Shown here piece by piece: positions 42,128-53,428 of a DNA stretch of 64,000 nucleotides (its first letter is position 1; every line of letters starts with the position of its first letter). Both the position numbers and the translations under genes were made by a program. Source of the stretch: a virus; the IMG/VR virus record IMGVR_UViG_3300035698_008372, positions 64,001 to 128,000 of that record, one strand, 5' to 3'. The notes beneath the pieces were generated by a model, which worked only from the letters and a program-made list of their open reading frames with translations, was not told the origin of the DNA and did no database searches.

Positions 42128-43064
42128 TGTGGCATTTTTCACAGAAAACGGATTCGTAGGAGAAGTTCCTAGAAATCACAGTAACATGCGAACGGAATAT
42201 TCATGAATGGTTGCCACTAGAGCAACACATTACAACATTCACGGGCCGTATGATCCAATTGCAACCTATGATTTGGGCATAGTAATTGTACCCAAAAACA
42301 ATCCACAGGTGGATATGGACAGGATACGGGCAGTATGTGATAAGGTGACCATAATGCAAGAGGGCCCATCAACATTTTGGCAGGATTATTCAGTGCCAAA
42401 TCAAATCCATTTCTTCAATACATTGACTGAAGCCGATTTCCTATTATGTCATAACAAACAGGACCAATTATACTACAATGGGTTGACAGGCAAGGATACG
42501 TTTGTCATGAAGTCTCTAATGATACCCGACGCGATTATGACAACGAGCCCGCGGGAACCTACCAATTCGGTCATGTTGGGGGGCAATTGGACAAGTTGGT
42601 ATTCGGGTGTGGATTCCTATATACTGGGACAAGTATTCACTCCAGAGTATGAACTGTATGCTCCATCTATGGGTAGGAAAAAAGAAGAAGAAAATGAAAT
42701 CGAAGATGTAAATTATTTCGACTATATGATGTGGCAGGAATGGATTGATTCCATAAAAAATATGAAGGTTGGGATTCACATGATGAGAATATTTGCGGCA
42801 GGGACCTTCGCATTGAATTGCTCATATTGGGGCATACCTTGTATTGGGTATAAGGGGTTGGATACACAAGAAACGTGCCACCCGTTGACATCGGTTGATT
42901 TGGGTGATATGGAAAAGGCTGGGCACATTGCCGAAAAATTGAAAAATGATAAAGGGTTTTATGATCTGTGCTCTATGGCGACTTTAAAGCGATACGAGAA
43001 ACACTATTCAGAAGCCGCATGGTTGAAAGACTGGAAAAGTATAGAGGAGTACACAAATGGATAA
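42120..43064 (+). CDS. GT-B-like protein (UGA at 42204)
   Basis: MINVAFFTE...NMRTEYS*MVA...AAGTFALNCSYWGIPCIG. Confidence 0.7.
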
Positions 43065-43252
43065 AATACCAATATCGGCAGGAAAAGAAATCGCTGAAAA
43101 ATACGGATATGATCAAATTGTCATAATTGGCAGAAGAGTTGGCGACGATGGGTTGGAGAGTGTTACTACATACGGGATTGACAAAGCACATTGTGGTGTT
43201 GCCTCTAGAATGGGTGATTACATTAAATATAGAATAATGAAATGGGAGAAAA

Positions 43253-44524
43253 ATGGATAATATCAGTCTCATCGTTCCATCGAGGAACAATTTAAAATAC
43301 TTAAAATGGAACTATAATTCGGTTAGGGCATTGTACCCAAATGTGGAGTTTTGTGTTTTTTCAGATTTTTCAACCGATGGTACTGTTGAATGGTGTGAAG
43401 AAATTACAGAAACGGATACGAATTTTAAGTACATTGTAAATGATGGAACGTGGTTTGGTAAGAATGCTGGCGAGCTAAGTCGCATGGGTCACACTTTGGG
43501 TTACGATATGTTAATCGAGGACGTGGCCACCAGAGATTTTGTTATGATATGGCATGCGGACATGAGTGCATTACCCAATATGTTAGAGAATATGATGAAA
43601 TATGCCAAGAGTGGTCGGGTGATTTCAGCGACACGTATAGAACCTCCGCTACACCCGCCAGGACCCGAAAAGGAGATTGTTGACTGTGGCATCGAGCCCG
43701 AAGAGTTCAATTTGGAACTGGCACTATCAGAGAATGCCCGTTTACAGAAAAACCACGTGGATGAAACTTCAGATGGTATTTTTGCACCGTGGATAATCAC
43801 AAGGGAAAATTTCTTATCTATGAATGGTCATGACCCATTATACGCCCCACAATCAAAAGAGGACAGCGACATTTTTAATAGATTCAAATTGGCCGGATTT
43901 CAGCTGATACAATCCCGTGACGCGTTTTGTTATCACATGACATGCCGTGGTAGCCGTTTTAAGGATGGTGCGAAAAGAAATCCCACTGGTGAGGTGTTTA
44001 TGAAAAACCGTGAAACGGATGAATGGTTGGCGCAGAACATACGGAGCACACGCAATTTTATTCGCAAGTGGGGAACGATGGTGAGACATGATAACATGTT
44101 ACATCCGATTGTGCCACATAAATACAACATTGGATTTGTGGTGAAAAACTGTGATGCTCAACTATTAATGGGTTTGGAACCTTGGTGTGACGCCTTGTAT
44201 TTGATGGAAATGGGTGATGGGGATCGTGATATTGTCCGGAATTATATTGAATTGGAACAGAATTTTACATTATATAATTTGTCCAATAAGATTTTTGTAA
44301 ACATAGAGCCCCCTAAATCGAGAGAAGATATATTGGTGACATTTGACGCTAAAGAATTGACTTCAGAAAATATGAACATACTTGCACAGTTGCCGGATAT
44401 CATAACAGATAGCGGCGATGTGGGGGAATTCGATTTGGACCCATTTAAACTAAATATTAGAAATATGTCATATTATGAAGATACACTAATAAAGGCTGAC
44501 AAGTCGGGCAAATTAAGGAGATAA
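43253..44524 (+). CDS. GT2 glycosyltransferase
   Basis: IVPSRN, SDFSTDGT, HADM, EDSD...R, YH. Confidence 0.85.
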   Translation: MDNISLIVPSRNNLKYLKWNYNSVRALYPNVEFCVFSDFSTDGTVEWCEEITETDTNFKYIVNDGTWFGKNAGELSRMGHTLGYDMLIEDVATRDFVMIWHADMSALPNMLENMMKYAKSGRVISATRIEPPLHPPGPEKEIVDCGIEPEEFNLELALSENARLQKNHVDETSDGIFAPWIITRENFLSMNGHDPLYAPQSKEDSDIFNRFKLAGFQLIQSRDAFCYHMTCRGSRFKDGAKRNPTGEVFMKNRETDEWLAQNIRSTRNFIRKWGTMVRHDNMLHPIVPHKYNIGFVVKNCDAQLLMGLEPWCDALYLMEMGDGDRDIVRNYIELEQNFTLYNLSNKIFVNIEPPKSREDILVTFDAKELTSENMNILAQLPDIITDSGDVGEFDLDPFKLNIRNMSYYEDTLIKADKSGKLRR

Positions 44525-44748
44525 TATGGATTGGTTGGAAACTCAACAAAGGGATAGGGAAACTTGCATTGGTACGATTGACGCTTATCAATATGCAAAC
44601 GGACCTTTTCCAGATAGACCGGGTAAATATTGGATATTTGCTACTGGTAGTTTTTCCAAATATTTTGATGGAAATAAATGGGAACATTCCGAATACGGAT
44701 GGCACGGATTTACGGGGTATAAATATGATGGATATGGTAGAAGAATAG

Positions 44749-45618
44749 ATGAATAGGAAAGCTATAGTAACTGGGGGTGCTGGGTTCGTGGGCACCAATC
44801 TAATTAAGAGGTTGGTAAGCGATAATTGGAAAGTGGTATCATTGGACAACTACTGTATTGGTACTGAATCCAATCATGTAGATGACAAGAGGGTGTCATA
44901 TTATAATGTAGATTTGACTGAAACATCGGATTATGATTTTTTTATGAATGATGCCGATATCCTGTTTCATCTAGCGGCAATACCAAGAATCCAACCATCA
45001 TTGAAACGGCCCAAGACCACATTGGACAACAACCATTTATCAACTGTCAATGTTTTGGAATATGCCAGAAAAAATAACATCAAAGTCATATTTTCATCTT
45101 CATCATCAGTGGTTGGGAATGTGTTTGCAAACCCATATACGGTGTCAAAGCATAATGGTGAAAATCTATGCGGGATGTACAAACATGTTTATGGATTGGA
45201 GATAGCGATGGCTAGGTTCTATAATGTGTATGGACCTCACATGATAGGAGATTCAGAATTTGGCACTGTGCTTGGAATATGATTGGAGCGGTACAAAAAA
45301 GGTATGCCGCTACTGGTAACCGGGGATGGTACACAGCGGCGTGATTATACCCATGTGGAAGATATTGTTGATGGGCTGATATTAATGGCGGATAATACAG
45401 AAATATGTGGTACATATTCTCCAATTGAACTCGGCAGGGGTGAGAATTATTCACTAAACGAATTGGTCAGATTATTTGACTGTGCTGAAGTAGAATATGT
45501 GGACAGACCAAAGGGAGAAATGGCACATACTTTGCGGTATGATAAAGAGAATGAAATCAATGGTTTGGGTTGGAATCCGCAAAGAAATGTAAAAGATTTT
45601 ATAAAAAACATGAAATAA
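44749..45618 (+). CDS. NAD-dependent epimerase/dehydratase (UGA at 45280 joins two track ORFs)
   Basis: TGGAGFVG, YTVSK, RFYNVYGP, VLGI*LE...GDGTQRRDYTHVEDI. Confidence 0.93.
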
Positions 45619-45672
45619 AGTTGTATTTGGGCAAATTTGCCGATATATATATATAAAAAGGGAATCAAGGTT

Positions 45673-46590
45673 ATGGAATACAAAATAGGTGTTATAGGTA
45701 TGGGGTTTGTAGGGACCGCCGTGCGAGAAGGATTGGTAAATCATTACCCAATTCATACTTCAGATTTAAATCCAAAAGTAAATGAGTGGAATGGTAATGA
45801 TAACCATTTAGTATGTGCCGATAATATCCATGTATTGAATCGGTCAAATATCATATTTTTATGTGTTAATACTCCGATGAATAAGGATGGTAGCTGCAAT
45901 ACTGGGATACTTGAGAAAATCATTGGTGAATTTGATAATGTTGGATTTGATGAAAAGAAAATAGTGGTGGTTAAATCTACTGTTTATCCGGGATTTACGG
46001 CAATGATGAATAAACGATTAACAAACCCGAATTTGAGTATCGTATTTAATCCAGAGTTCTTGACTGAAGCGAATTTTATTGAAGAATTTAAGAATCAAAA
46101 TAGGATCGTATTGGGTGGACCCGAAGAATCAGTTAATTTTGTGGTGGATATGTATCAAAAAATATTTCCAGATGTTGATCGTTGGGAAACTGGAATATTT
46201 TCACCGTGTGCTCATTACTTGTGTACGGATTCCACAACCGCTGAAATGGTGAAATATTCAGCCAATTCGTTTTTAGCGACAAAGGTATCATTTTTTAATG
46301 AAATAAAACAGATAAGTGACAAATTAGATGTTGACTTTGTCGAATTAATCTCGTATATTGTATATGACAAAAGGATAGGAAAGTCTCATTATAATTCCCC
46401 GGGGCCCGATGGAAAACTCGGTTTCGGTGGGTCGTGTTTCCCCAAAGATTTGAATGGCCTAAAGTTTTTAGGCAAGAAATTGGGGGTGAAAACAACGATG
46501 TTAGATGCGACTTGGGAAAAGAATTTAGAGGTCAGACCCGAAAAGGATTGGGAACAATTAAAGGGTAGGGCGGTAACAAAAGATGAATAG
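45673..46590 (+). CDS. UDP-glucose/GDP-mannose dehydrogenase family
   Basis: GMGFVG, CVNTP, KSTV.PG, NPEFL, AEMVKY..N, GFGGSCFPKD. Confidence 0.92.
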   Translation: MEYKIGVIGMGFVGTAVREGLVNHYPIHTSDLNPKVNEWNGNDNHLVCADNIHVLNRSNIIFLCVNTPMNKDGSCNTGILEKIIGEFDNVGFDEKKIVVVKSTVYPGFTAMMNKRLTNPNLSIVFNPEFLTEANFIEEFKNQNRIVLGGPEESVNFVVDMYQKIFPDVDRWETGIFSPCAHYLCTDSTTAEMVKYSANSFLATKVSFFNEIKQISDKLDVDFVELISYIVYDKRIGKSHYNSPGPDGKLGFGGSCFPKDLNGLKFLGKKLGVKTTMLDATWEKNLEVRPEKDWEQLKGRAVTKDE

Positions 46591-47563
46591 TATAGGGATT
46601 GGGACAGTAAATTCAAAAGCAAAATTAGTAATAGGATATTCCACAGGGGATACCGAACAAAAATCGAAAAGGAACGCAATGGAAACGCCGGAAATTAAAA
46701 CGTGTCAATATGCTGTACTACCAGATGGGGTATTTCAGCCAACGAGTACAACCATTGAAACGATACCTCCAGGTATCTATCAAGGTGATGAGAACAATGG
46801 TGCAATAATCATGCAGCTTAAAGAGCAAAATATCGGGGACTTGATTATTTTTGAGGACAGTATGACCGACATGATCATTCAGGAATTTGATAAATTTTGG
46901 GAACTTCAGGAAAAATATGAAGAAATGGGTGAAATTCACAAAAGGGGTTATCTGCTTCATGGACCTCCCGGTGGTGGAAAAACTTCATTGATTGAAATTA
47001 TCAAGAGCAAGTTCGTCTCAGAAGGTAACATCGTTATCGAATTTAACCACTACACAATGCAACTTGTTAAAGCTATCAAATCCATTGAACCAAACCGTAG
47101 GGTTATGGTAACAATCGAGGATATTGACGCTTGGGCAAAGGGCTCCAATGAAAGTACAATCTTGAACTTTCTCGATGGTGATCAAGATTTTAACAACATC
47201 GTAGTATTGGCAACAACCAACTACATCGAACAACTTCCAGATAGAATCGTAAACAGACCTTCAAGGTTTGACAGGGTTGAATTCGTAGGATTCCCCAACT
47301 CAGATGAACGTGAAGTGTATCTCCAGAAAAAATCAAAATTCATTTCTGAAGACATGAAACAATGGGTGGACACGACTGAGAACTGGACATTTGCACACAT
47401 CAAGGAATTGCTGTTGGCAACTGAAGTCTATGATATCCCTTTTGCGGATACTGTAGCACGAATCAATGTCATGCGTAGAAAAGAAGCTCATTCAGATGAC
47501 TATTTGAATCAACTGCGTGGAGAAAAAGAAAAAGCCGGACTGGGGTTTGGTGGCAATAAATAA
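46583..47563 (+). CDS. AAA+ ATPase (start may be 46679)
   Basis: RGYLLHGPPGGGKT, IEDID, ATTN, RPSRFD. Confidence 0.9.
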   Translation: MNSIGIGTVNSKAKLVIGYSTGDTEQKSKRNAMETPEIKTCQYAVLPDGVFQPTSTTIETIPPGIYQGDENNGAIIMQLKEQNIGDLIIFEDSMTDMIIQEFDKFWELQEKYEEMGEIHKRGYLLHGPPGGGKTSLIEIIKSKFVSEGNIVIEFNHYTMQLVKAIKSIEPNRRVMVTIEDIDAWAKGSNESTILNFLDGDQDFNNIVVLATTNYIEQLPDRIVNRPSRFDRVEFVGFPNSDEREVYLQKKSKFISEDMKQWVDTTENWTFAHIKELLLATEVYDIPFADTVARINVMRRKEAHSDDYLNQLRGEKEKAGLGFGGNK

Positions 47564-47564
47564 T

Positions 47565-48212
47565 ATGCGTTACGCATTTCTCATCCCAATAGGCGATTCC
47601 ATATCTGGAAAGCTCATCCCCCAACTCCTGAATCTCCAGGATTATACAAAACAGGTGGATGGTAAGATTTTTACAATCGCAAATAGAACACATGTTGACG
47701 CACGAAACTGGCTGGCAACAGCCGGTGGCGGGTTCAAGAATCCAACTAACCTAATTGATCAATGCGAATGGTTAGTGTGGTTGGATTCAGATCAACAGTT
47801 CAATCTTGGACAGATTAAGATGTTATTGGACAGACCTGAAAAATTTGTAAGTGGGTGGTATATCAAAGACCACGCTGGGCAAAGAAGTCCCCAAGCTATG
47901 GTTGCCCATTGGGATGAGGAATATTTCAAAAAGAATGGTTCAATGCAATTCTTACATGAAGATGAATTGATTGGGAAAAAAGACCCAATTGAAGTTTCGT
48001 ATGTGGGGTTTGGATTCGTGAAAATACATACTTCCATTCTAAAAGAAATGGAATACCCATATTTCAGACAACACGTTCAACACATCGGTGGGTACAAAGA
48101 TAATTCAAGCGAGGATGTATCATTCTGCTTGGATGCATACGAAGCGACTGGTATCAAACCACTTGTCATTCCACAACTAAAAATAGGACATTTAAAGGAG
48201 ATAATAATCTAA
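47565..48212 (+). CDS. GT-A-like glycosyltransferase
   Basis: ARN, WLDSD, GFGFV, SEDVSFC, IGH. Confidence 0.75.
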   Translation: MRYAFLIPIGDSISGKLIPQLLNLQDYTKQVDGKIFTIANRTHVDARNWLATAGGGFKNPTNLIDQCEWLVWLDSDQQFNLGQIKMLLDRPEKFVSGWYIKDHAGQRSPQAMVAHWDEEYFKKNGSMQFLHEDELIGKKDPIEVSYVGFGFVKIHTSILKEMEYPYFRQHVQHIGGYKDNSSEDVSFCLDAYEATGIKPLVIPQLKIGHLKEIII

Positions 48213-48733
48213 TGTCAGAATTATTAATAGGCGCAGGACATCGTAGAAAGAAATTTATGCCAATCGGTTCAACGTGGTCCGAGTTGACAACACTTGACAT
48301 TAATCCACTGTGTAAACCCGATGTAGTGCATGATTTAAACGACTTGCCATATCCATTTGGGAATGAACAATTTGATGAAATACATGCATACGAAGTATTA
48401 GAACATTGTGGTACTCAAGGCGATTTTAAATTCTTTTTTGGTCAATTTGATGAATTTTACAGAATACTAAAGCCAAATGGGATTATATATGGCAGCGTTC
48501 CAACATGGAATTCCAGATGGGCATTTGCAGACCCTGGACATACTCGCATAATAACACCGGACACATTAAGTTTTTTATCACAGGATATGTATGTGATAAA
48601 TCAAGAACAGCCTACCAGTGATTATAGAGAATGGTATGATAGTAATTTTAAATTAATTTTTAATAAAACGGAAGGTGCAACTTATATATTTGGACTTAGA
48701 AAAATTGGACACTTGAAGGAGATAATAATCTAA
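48212..48733 (+). CDS. class I SAM methyltransferase (type 11-like)
   Basis: IGAG, TLDI...HDL...PF, VLEH, RILKPNG, DPGH. Confidence 0.85.
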   Translation: MSELLIGAGHRRKKFMPIGSTWSELTTLDINPLCKPDVVHDLNDLPYPFGNEQFDEIHAYEVLEHCGTQGDFKFFFGQFDEFYRILKPNGIIYGSVPTWNSRWAFADPGHTRIITPDTLSFLSQDMYVINQEQPTSDYREWYDSNFKLIFNKTEGATYIFGLRKIGHLKEIII

Positions 48734-48964
48734 TGGGATTTTTTGATGGAGTTAAGTACGCTGGCTGGAGAGTTGGTCAGTCAATAAAAGAGACATGGGA
48801 CGATATTGGAAAACCGCGTAAGTTCAATGACTATTGTGACGACTGCGGACGTGAAACCGAGCATGTTATTAGCGAGGAATTTTACGGAACTGGGTCGGAT
48901 ACATACCAAATATGTCAAAAGTGTGGCAAAAAATCATCAGCTTATTAAGATGGGTAGGGGTATA

Positions 48965-49654
48965 ATGAAAACCACATACGAAAATATAATGGCACCCGGA
49001 CAGGGTGTTGTATCATTGGTTGATTTTATGGGGAACGATTTGAGTGTGGTTAATGCCGCACGTGTGTCATTCGGCAAACGCGCTGATTTATTGAACAAAA
49101 AGGACAAGGTACTGATTAAGTATTTGGCCGAAAACAGACATACTTCACCATTTGAACATGTAACATTTACATTCCATATTAAGTGTCCACTATTCATTGC
49201 AAGACAATGGCACAGACACAGGACATGGTCATATAATGAGGTTAGCCGCCGGTACACATCAGAGAATATTGAATTTTTCGTACCAACTAAGCTCAGACTG
49301 CAAGACAATACGAATAATTTTCAGGGTAGTGCCGGATTATTGTCTGAGGTCGAGGCGGAAATCCTTTCAGTAAGTATGGTAAATAATTGTAAACAATCCG
49401 TGGGATTATATGAAGAAATGTTAGATAGGGGTGTAGCTAGGGAACAGGCTAGAATGATACTCCCACAAAATATGTACACCGAATTCTACGCTACAGTGAA
49501 TCTATGGAATTTGGCACACTTCTTAGAATTGAGAATGGATGAACATGCACAACTAGAAATCCAGCAGTATGCTGGAACATTATATGAAATTGCAAAAGAT
49601 GTAGCCCCAATATCGGTTGAAGCCCTATTGGGAAAAACAATAAATAAGGGGTAA
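48965..49654 (+). CDS. thyX: flavin-dependent thymidylate synthase
   Basis: AARVS, HTSPFEH, RQWHRHR..SYNEVSRRY, AREQARMILP, LR...HAQ.EI. Confidence 0.96.
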   Translation: MKTTYENIMAPGQGVVSLVDFMGNDLSVVNAARVSFGKRADLLNKKDKVLIKYLAENRHTSPFEHVTFTFHIKCPLFIARQWHRHRTWSYNEVSRRYTSENIEFFVPTKLRLQDNTNNFQGSAGLLSEVEAEILSVSMVNNCKQSVGLYEEMLDRGVAREQARMILPQNMYTEFYATVNLWNLAHFLELRMDEHAQLEIQQYAGTLYEIAKDVAPISVEALLGKTINKG

Positions 49655-49656
49655 TT

Positions 49657-50289
49657 ATGTACACAAGAGTTGTTACAATGGAACGTGGGAATAAAAAAAT
49701 TAAATTGGTGGGTTGCGTTCACATTGCACCACAGTCATATTTTGACAAATTACAACATGAGTTGGAAGAGGGATTGGTACTATTTGAATCGACTTCTTCA
49801 AAAAATGGTGAGAACGAGCAATTAAGTAATTTGAAAACCGTATATGGTATATTCAGTGAAATTACGGGATTGATGTTCCAAAAGGATGCACTAGATTATT
49901 CCAATCCAGAATGGGTTAATTCGGACTTATCCATTGAAATATTGGAATCATCCAATGAAAAATTTAAAGTGATGTCCACTGAAAAGGTGAGTGACGCCGT
50001 GGAAATGTTGGAAAATCTGGGTGAAGAGGGCAAGGAACGGATTGCTAGTGTATTCAAGTGGTTCCTAAAATTGATACCAATTATGAGGGGAATTGTTCCA
50101 TCACGTCTGGGTCCAACTATTATCGGCCTGCGCAATGATAAGGTGATTATTGATACATTCGAACAAATGATAGATCACGATTTTATTACAATTGCATACG
50201 GTGAGGGTCACATCAAAGATTTCATCAAAAAATTTAAGAAATTCAAATTTAAAGTGACTGAAGTTCGCAAGATTATGGTGATGGATTAA
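49657..50289 (+). CDS. hypothetical protein (TraB/GumN-like motifs)
   Basis: LVGCVHI, VLFE, RN, YGEGH. Confidence 0.45.
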   Translation: MYTRVVTMERGNKKIKLVGCVHIAPQSYFDKLQHELEEGLVLFESTSSKNGENEQLSNLKTVYGIFSEITGLMFQKDALDYSNPEWVNSDLSIEILESSNEKFKVMSTEKVSDAVEMLENLGEEGKERIASVFKWFLKLIPIMRGIVPSRLGPTIIGLRNDKVIIDTFEQMIDHDFITIAYGEGHIKDFIKKFKKFKFKVTEVRKIMVMD

Positions 50290-50905
50290 TGGCCGAAAGT
50301 AAGGAAAGCATTTTGGAAGACATTCTTCGATTTGGAGAGGGATACCCAGAAACGGTATTCACTATTCCATCCGGATGTCAACACGCATATTCTGAAGAGA
50401 AGGACGAGAAATTGGTCAAAGTGGGATTCACCAGTCAATATGGCGTGATTAATGAATATGTGTCAGAAGATGGAAAATCATTTAAAATCAACAAAATTGT
50501 GTTTCCGGATGGATTCGAAATTGATGTTGATACATTACTGGAGGGAAAGTAAATGAAACTGTACAGGGTTGAAAACAAAGCTACAACTAATGGTATGTGG
50601 ACAGACAAATTTGATGGAAAATTGGTATTGGAGCACCTGTCCGATAAACGGCTGGCTGAAATGCCAATGCCCTATGATTCCATCCACAATACAGATGGTA
50701 AGGATTGGAAAACGGCTGTAGGTAATATGGCTGATATGAGTTATTGGTTCTCCAAACAGGATGTTGAGGAAATGATGGGTTATGGGTTTGTAATGGTCGA
50801 ATTTGATTCAGATGAGACTATTGAAATGGGACATCAGATTCTATACAACGGGGGCACTCGTACAAATGTAGTGGACGTTACAGATAAATTCTTGGCCAGC
50901 GTCTA

Positions 50906-51136
50906 ATGATATTCTATTTAATACCTAAAGACCCATTGAAAGCTGACTGAGAATATGTCACAATTGGTGAGGAAAGCTTCGGTACATTCTATGCCGAAAA
51001 AGGATTGGATGCTCTCGTTAAATCCATTGACAGGGGGTTTGAAGATCAAATTTCCATAAAGGATGAAAAGGGCAAAGTGTGGGATATTCAGAAATTTTTG
51101 GATATATTGGAAACTTTAAAAATACGAAAAAATTAA
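50906..51136 (+). CDS. hypothetical protein (UGA at 50948)
   Basis: TAATG-coupled; fills the gap exactly if TGA is read through. Confidence 0.65.
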
Positions 51137-51145
51137 AGATTTCGC

Positions 51146-51174
51146 TTGACTTTGTCGTTTTTATCTTGTATCTT
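51146..51174 (+). promoter_or_regulatory. sigma70-type early promoter
   Basis: TTGACT-17-TATCTT, core identical to the 6286 copy. Confidence 0.85.
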
Positions 51175-51862
51175 GTGATATGAAACGAAAGGAAACGAAA
51201 TGAAAATACAAGTTTCGACGGGTAATAACAACACCCAAACGAGCACAGATGAGAACACTACACAAATTCAGTTTGGCAAAACTGTATTATTTTTAGTGTC
51301 CGTCGCATTGACAATTGGAGCAGGGGCCACATTGGGCTTCGCCGCATCCATTCTCTTGCTGACATGGTCCCCAATGGGGCTCTTATTGACATCATTGGTG
51401 GCATTTTTACATCTCATTATGGTATCGGCAAGTATTGTCACGATTTATTTAGTACCGTACCACTGGGTAGCATGGTACAGATTAATCAGGGGCATTTAAT
51501 ATGGGATTGATTGTTTTTGTTGTAATATCTCATGCTGGGGGAGAAGACGAGATTATGTCAATCCATTATACCAAACCTGCGGCCAAAAAGAATCTGAAAA
51601 AGATTAAGAAATGGCCCATTTTTACGGAAGATGCTGGATTTAGTATTCAGGAGCATGAAGTAACTTAACACATAACCGAAAGGAATGCAATGAAACGCAT
51701 GAACTTTAAATGGCGTATTGAACTACGCCGAACCGAAGCCCTCGAGCGAGAAGAGGACAGAGCTAAGAGGAGCACTGCAAAGCAGATTGCCCTCATCAAA
51801 ACCCGTAGGGGCGATTCCACAAAGGAATTGGCACGACTACAGGAGCCCGTGGTCATAGACTA

Positions 51863-52324
51863 ATGGACATCGGCAGTAAATCTAAATGGCCATCGCGCCA
51901 ATTATCTAATTTTGCACTATCCCCATTCATAGTCGATGGGGTTTCGTGTGCTAGTATGGAAGGATTCATACAGGCGTTGAAACGGAAAAGCCACGACATT
52001 CAGATACATGGGTGTACATTGGTTGGAATAGGTGCAAAGAGATGGGGATCGGGTCCTAAATGGTGGAACCGACCTCCAGAAAAACAATTATGGTGGAAAG
52101 GTCAGGGGTTCCCCGCTCATGGCCGGACCCACCTCGAATTGATTGAATTGGCTCTGAGAGCTAAATTCACACAGCATAGTGGTAGTAAACGGGCTTTACT
52201 GGCCACCGGGGATGCAAAATTAACACATAGTATTGGTAGAAACTCCAATACATCATTAAAAAAATCCGATTTTTGCAGACTACTTATGCAAATTCGGACA
52301 GAACTGCAAAAAGAGGAGCAGTAG
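51863..52324 (+). CDS. NADAR-like protein (T4 gp30.3 family)
   Basis: LSNFA..PF.VDGV.CASMEGFIQALK, LLATG...LTHSIG. Confidence 0.75.
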   Translation: MDIGSKSKWPSRQLSNFALSPFIVDGVSCASMEGFIQALKRKSHDIQIHGCTLVGIGAKRWGSGPKWWNRPPEKQLWWKGQGFPAHGRTHLELIELALRAKFTQHSGSKRALLATGDAKLTHSIGRNSNTSLKKSDFCRLLMQIRTELQKEEQ

Positions 52325-52518
52325 AATGCCACAGTATGATTTGGAAGATTTCGAAGATTTGGAAGAAGTATCCACAGAGAAAATTAAACGGAGTGGAGCC
52401 AGAAAACCCAAGAAATCTTGGAAAGAAATCAATAAGGCGAAAGAACGTAAATTGGCTAAAAAGGTACTCACTAAAAAACGTAAAAATAGTGAGAAAATGA
52501 TGAATATTGAGGAAGACT

Positions 52519-53049
52519 ATGAATAAAACTGATACGGGTGAGGCTGCCTTTTGGATACTTTTAATTATTATGGCATTAATAATAGGATTCACTAATAGTT
52601 GTGAAAACCCCATATCGGACAACTACAATATTTCAGTCGATCCTCGATTGGATCAGGATTCAAGTGGATATTTTCATTTGACATTGGATAGGAACAGTTG
52701 GCAAACAATTCACCGATTTACAGGTCAGGTGTACCATGATGGTACTGCCGTAGAAAATGTTCGAGTAGAGTGGGAATCCGATAAGAACTGGATTTTGTCA
52801 GATACTATTGGTTATATTTCAACTTATAGTTATACGAGTGACCTAATATATATTGCCATTGATACTAGCTACATATACTTTGGACAGGAACAATTCATTG
52901 TGCCGATTATTAATCCAGTATCGTATTCAAATGCAGACGGTGAATTCAATATCATGTTCGCACCCGTCTTATCACAACGCGGTGATACCGCAACTGTATT
53001 CATGAATTCACTTGATAATGGGTTACAATTTAAAGTAGTATTGGATTGA
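52519..53049 (+). CDS. putative lipoprotein with Ig-like beta domain
   Basis: Hydrophobic leader then FTNSC; beta-rich body; ends on TGA. Confidence 0.55.
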   Translation: MNKTDTGEAAFWILLIIMALIIGFTNSCENPISDNYNISVDPRLDQDSSGYFHLTLDRNSWQTIHRFTGQVYHDGTAVENVRVEWESDKNWILSDTIGYISTYSYTSDLIYIAIDTSYIYFGQEQFIVPIINPVSYSNADGEFNIMFAPVLSQRGDTATVFMNSLDNGLQFKVVLD

Positions 53050-53428
53050 AATGAAGCAATACAAACCAAATGGGCACTATTCAATATCAAGCCCAGACGT
53101 GGACAGACACCTTTCAAACATCTTAAAGGGTCAACTCATAACTGATATTAGTCGCATGATGTCGGGTCAAAAAGATACGGAAATTGACATGCACAATCCA
53201 TCTATAGTGGATGTGATGTTAATTGTATCCAAATTAATCATTGACAGGGATCGGCACGACATTCCAATCCCAGAAGATATGGACCAGACTTATGGTAAAT
53301 TGTTATCTAAAATTGTCACAAATACCATAAAAACTCTGGATAAACAAACGTAAAATTCTCCAAAATGATATTTATATACGAAAATATGTATATCAACGCA
53401 GTATAAATTGAGAATTGGAGAACCTTAG

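Noticed and set aside
8446-45618. recA, GT2 and epimerase as nonsense pseudogenes
   Set aside because: All interruptions are TGA, at Trp-compatible sites, with intact sequence on both sides.
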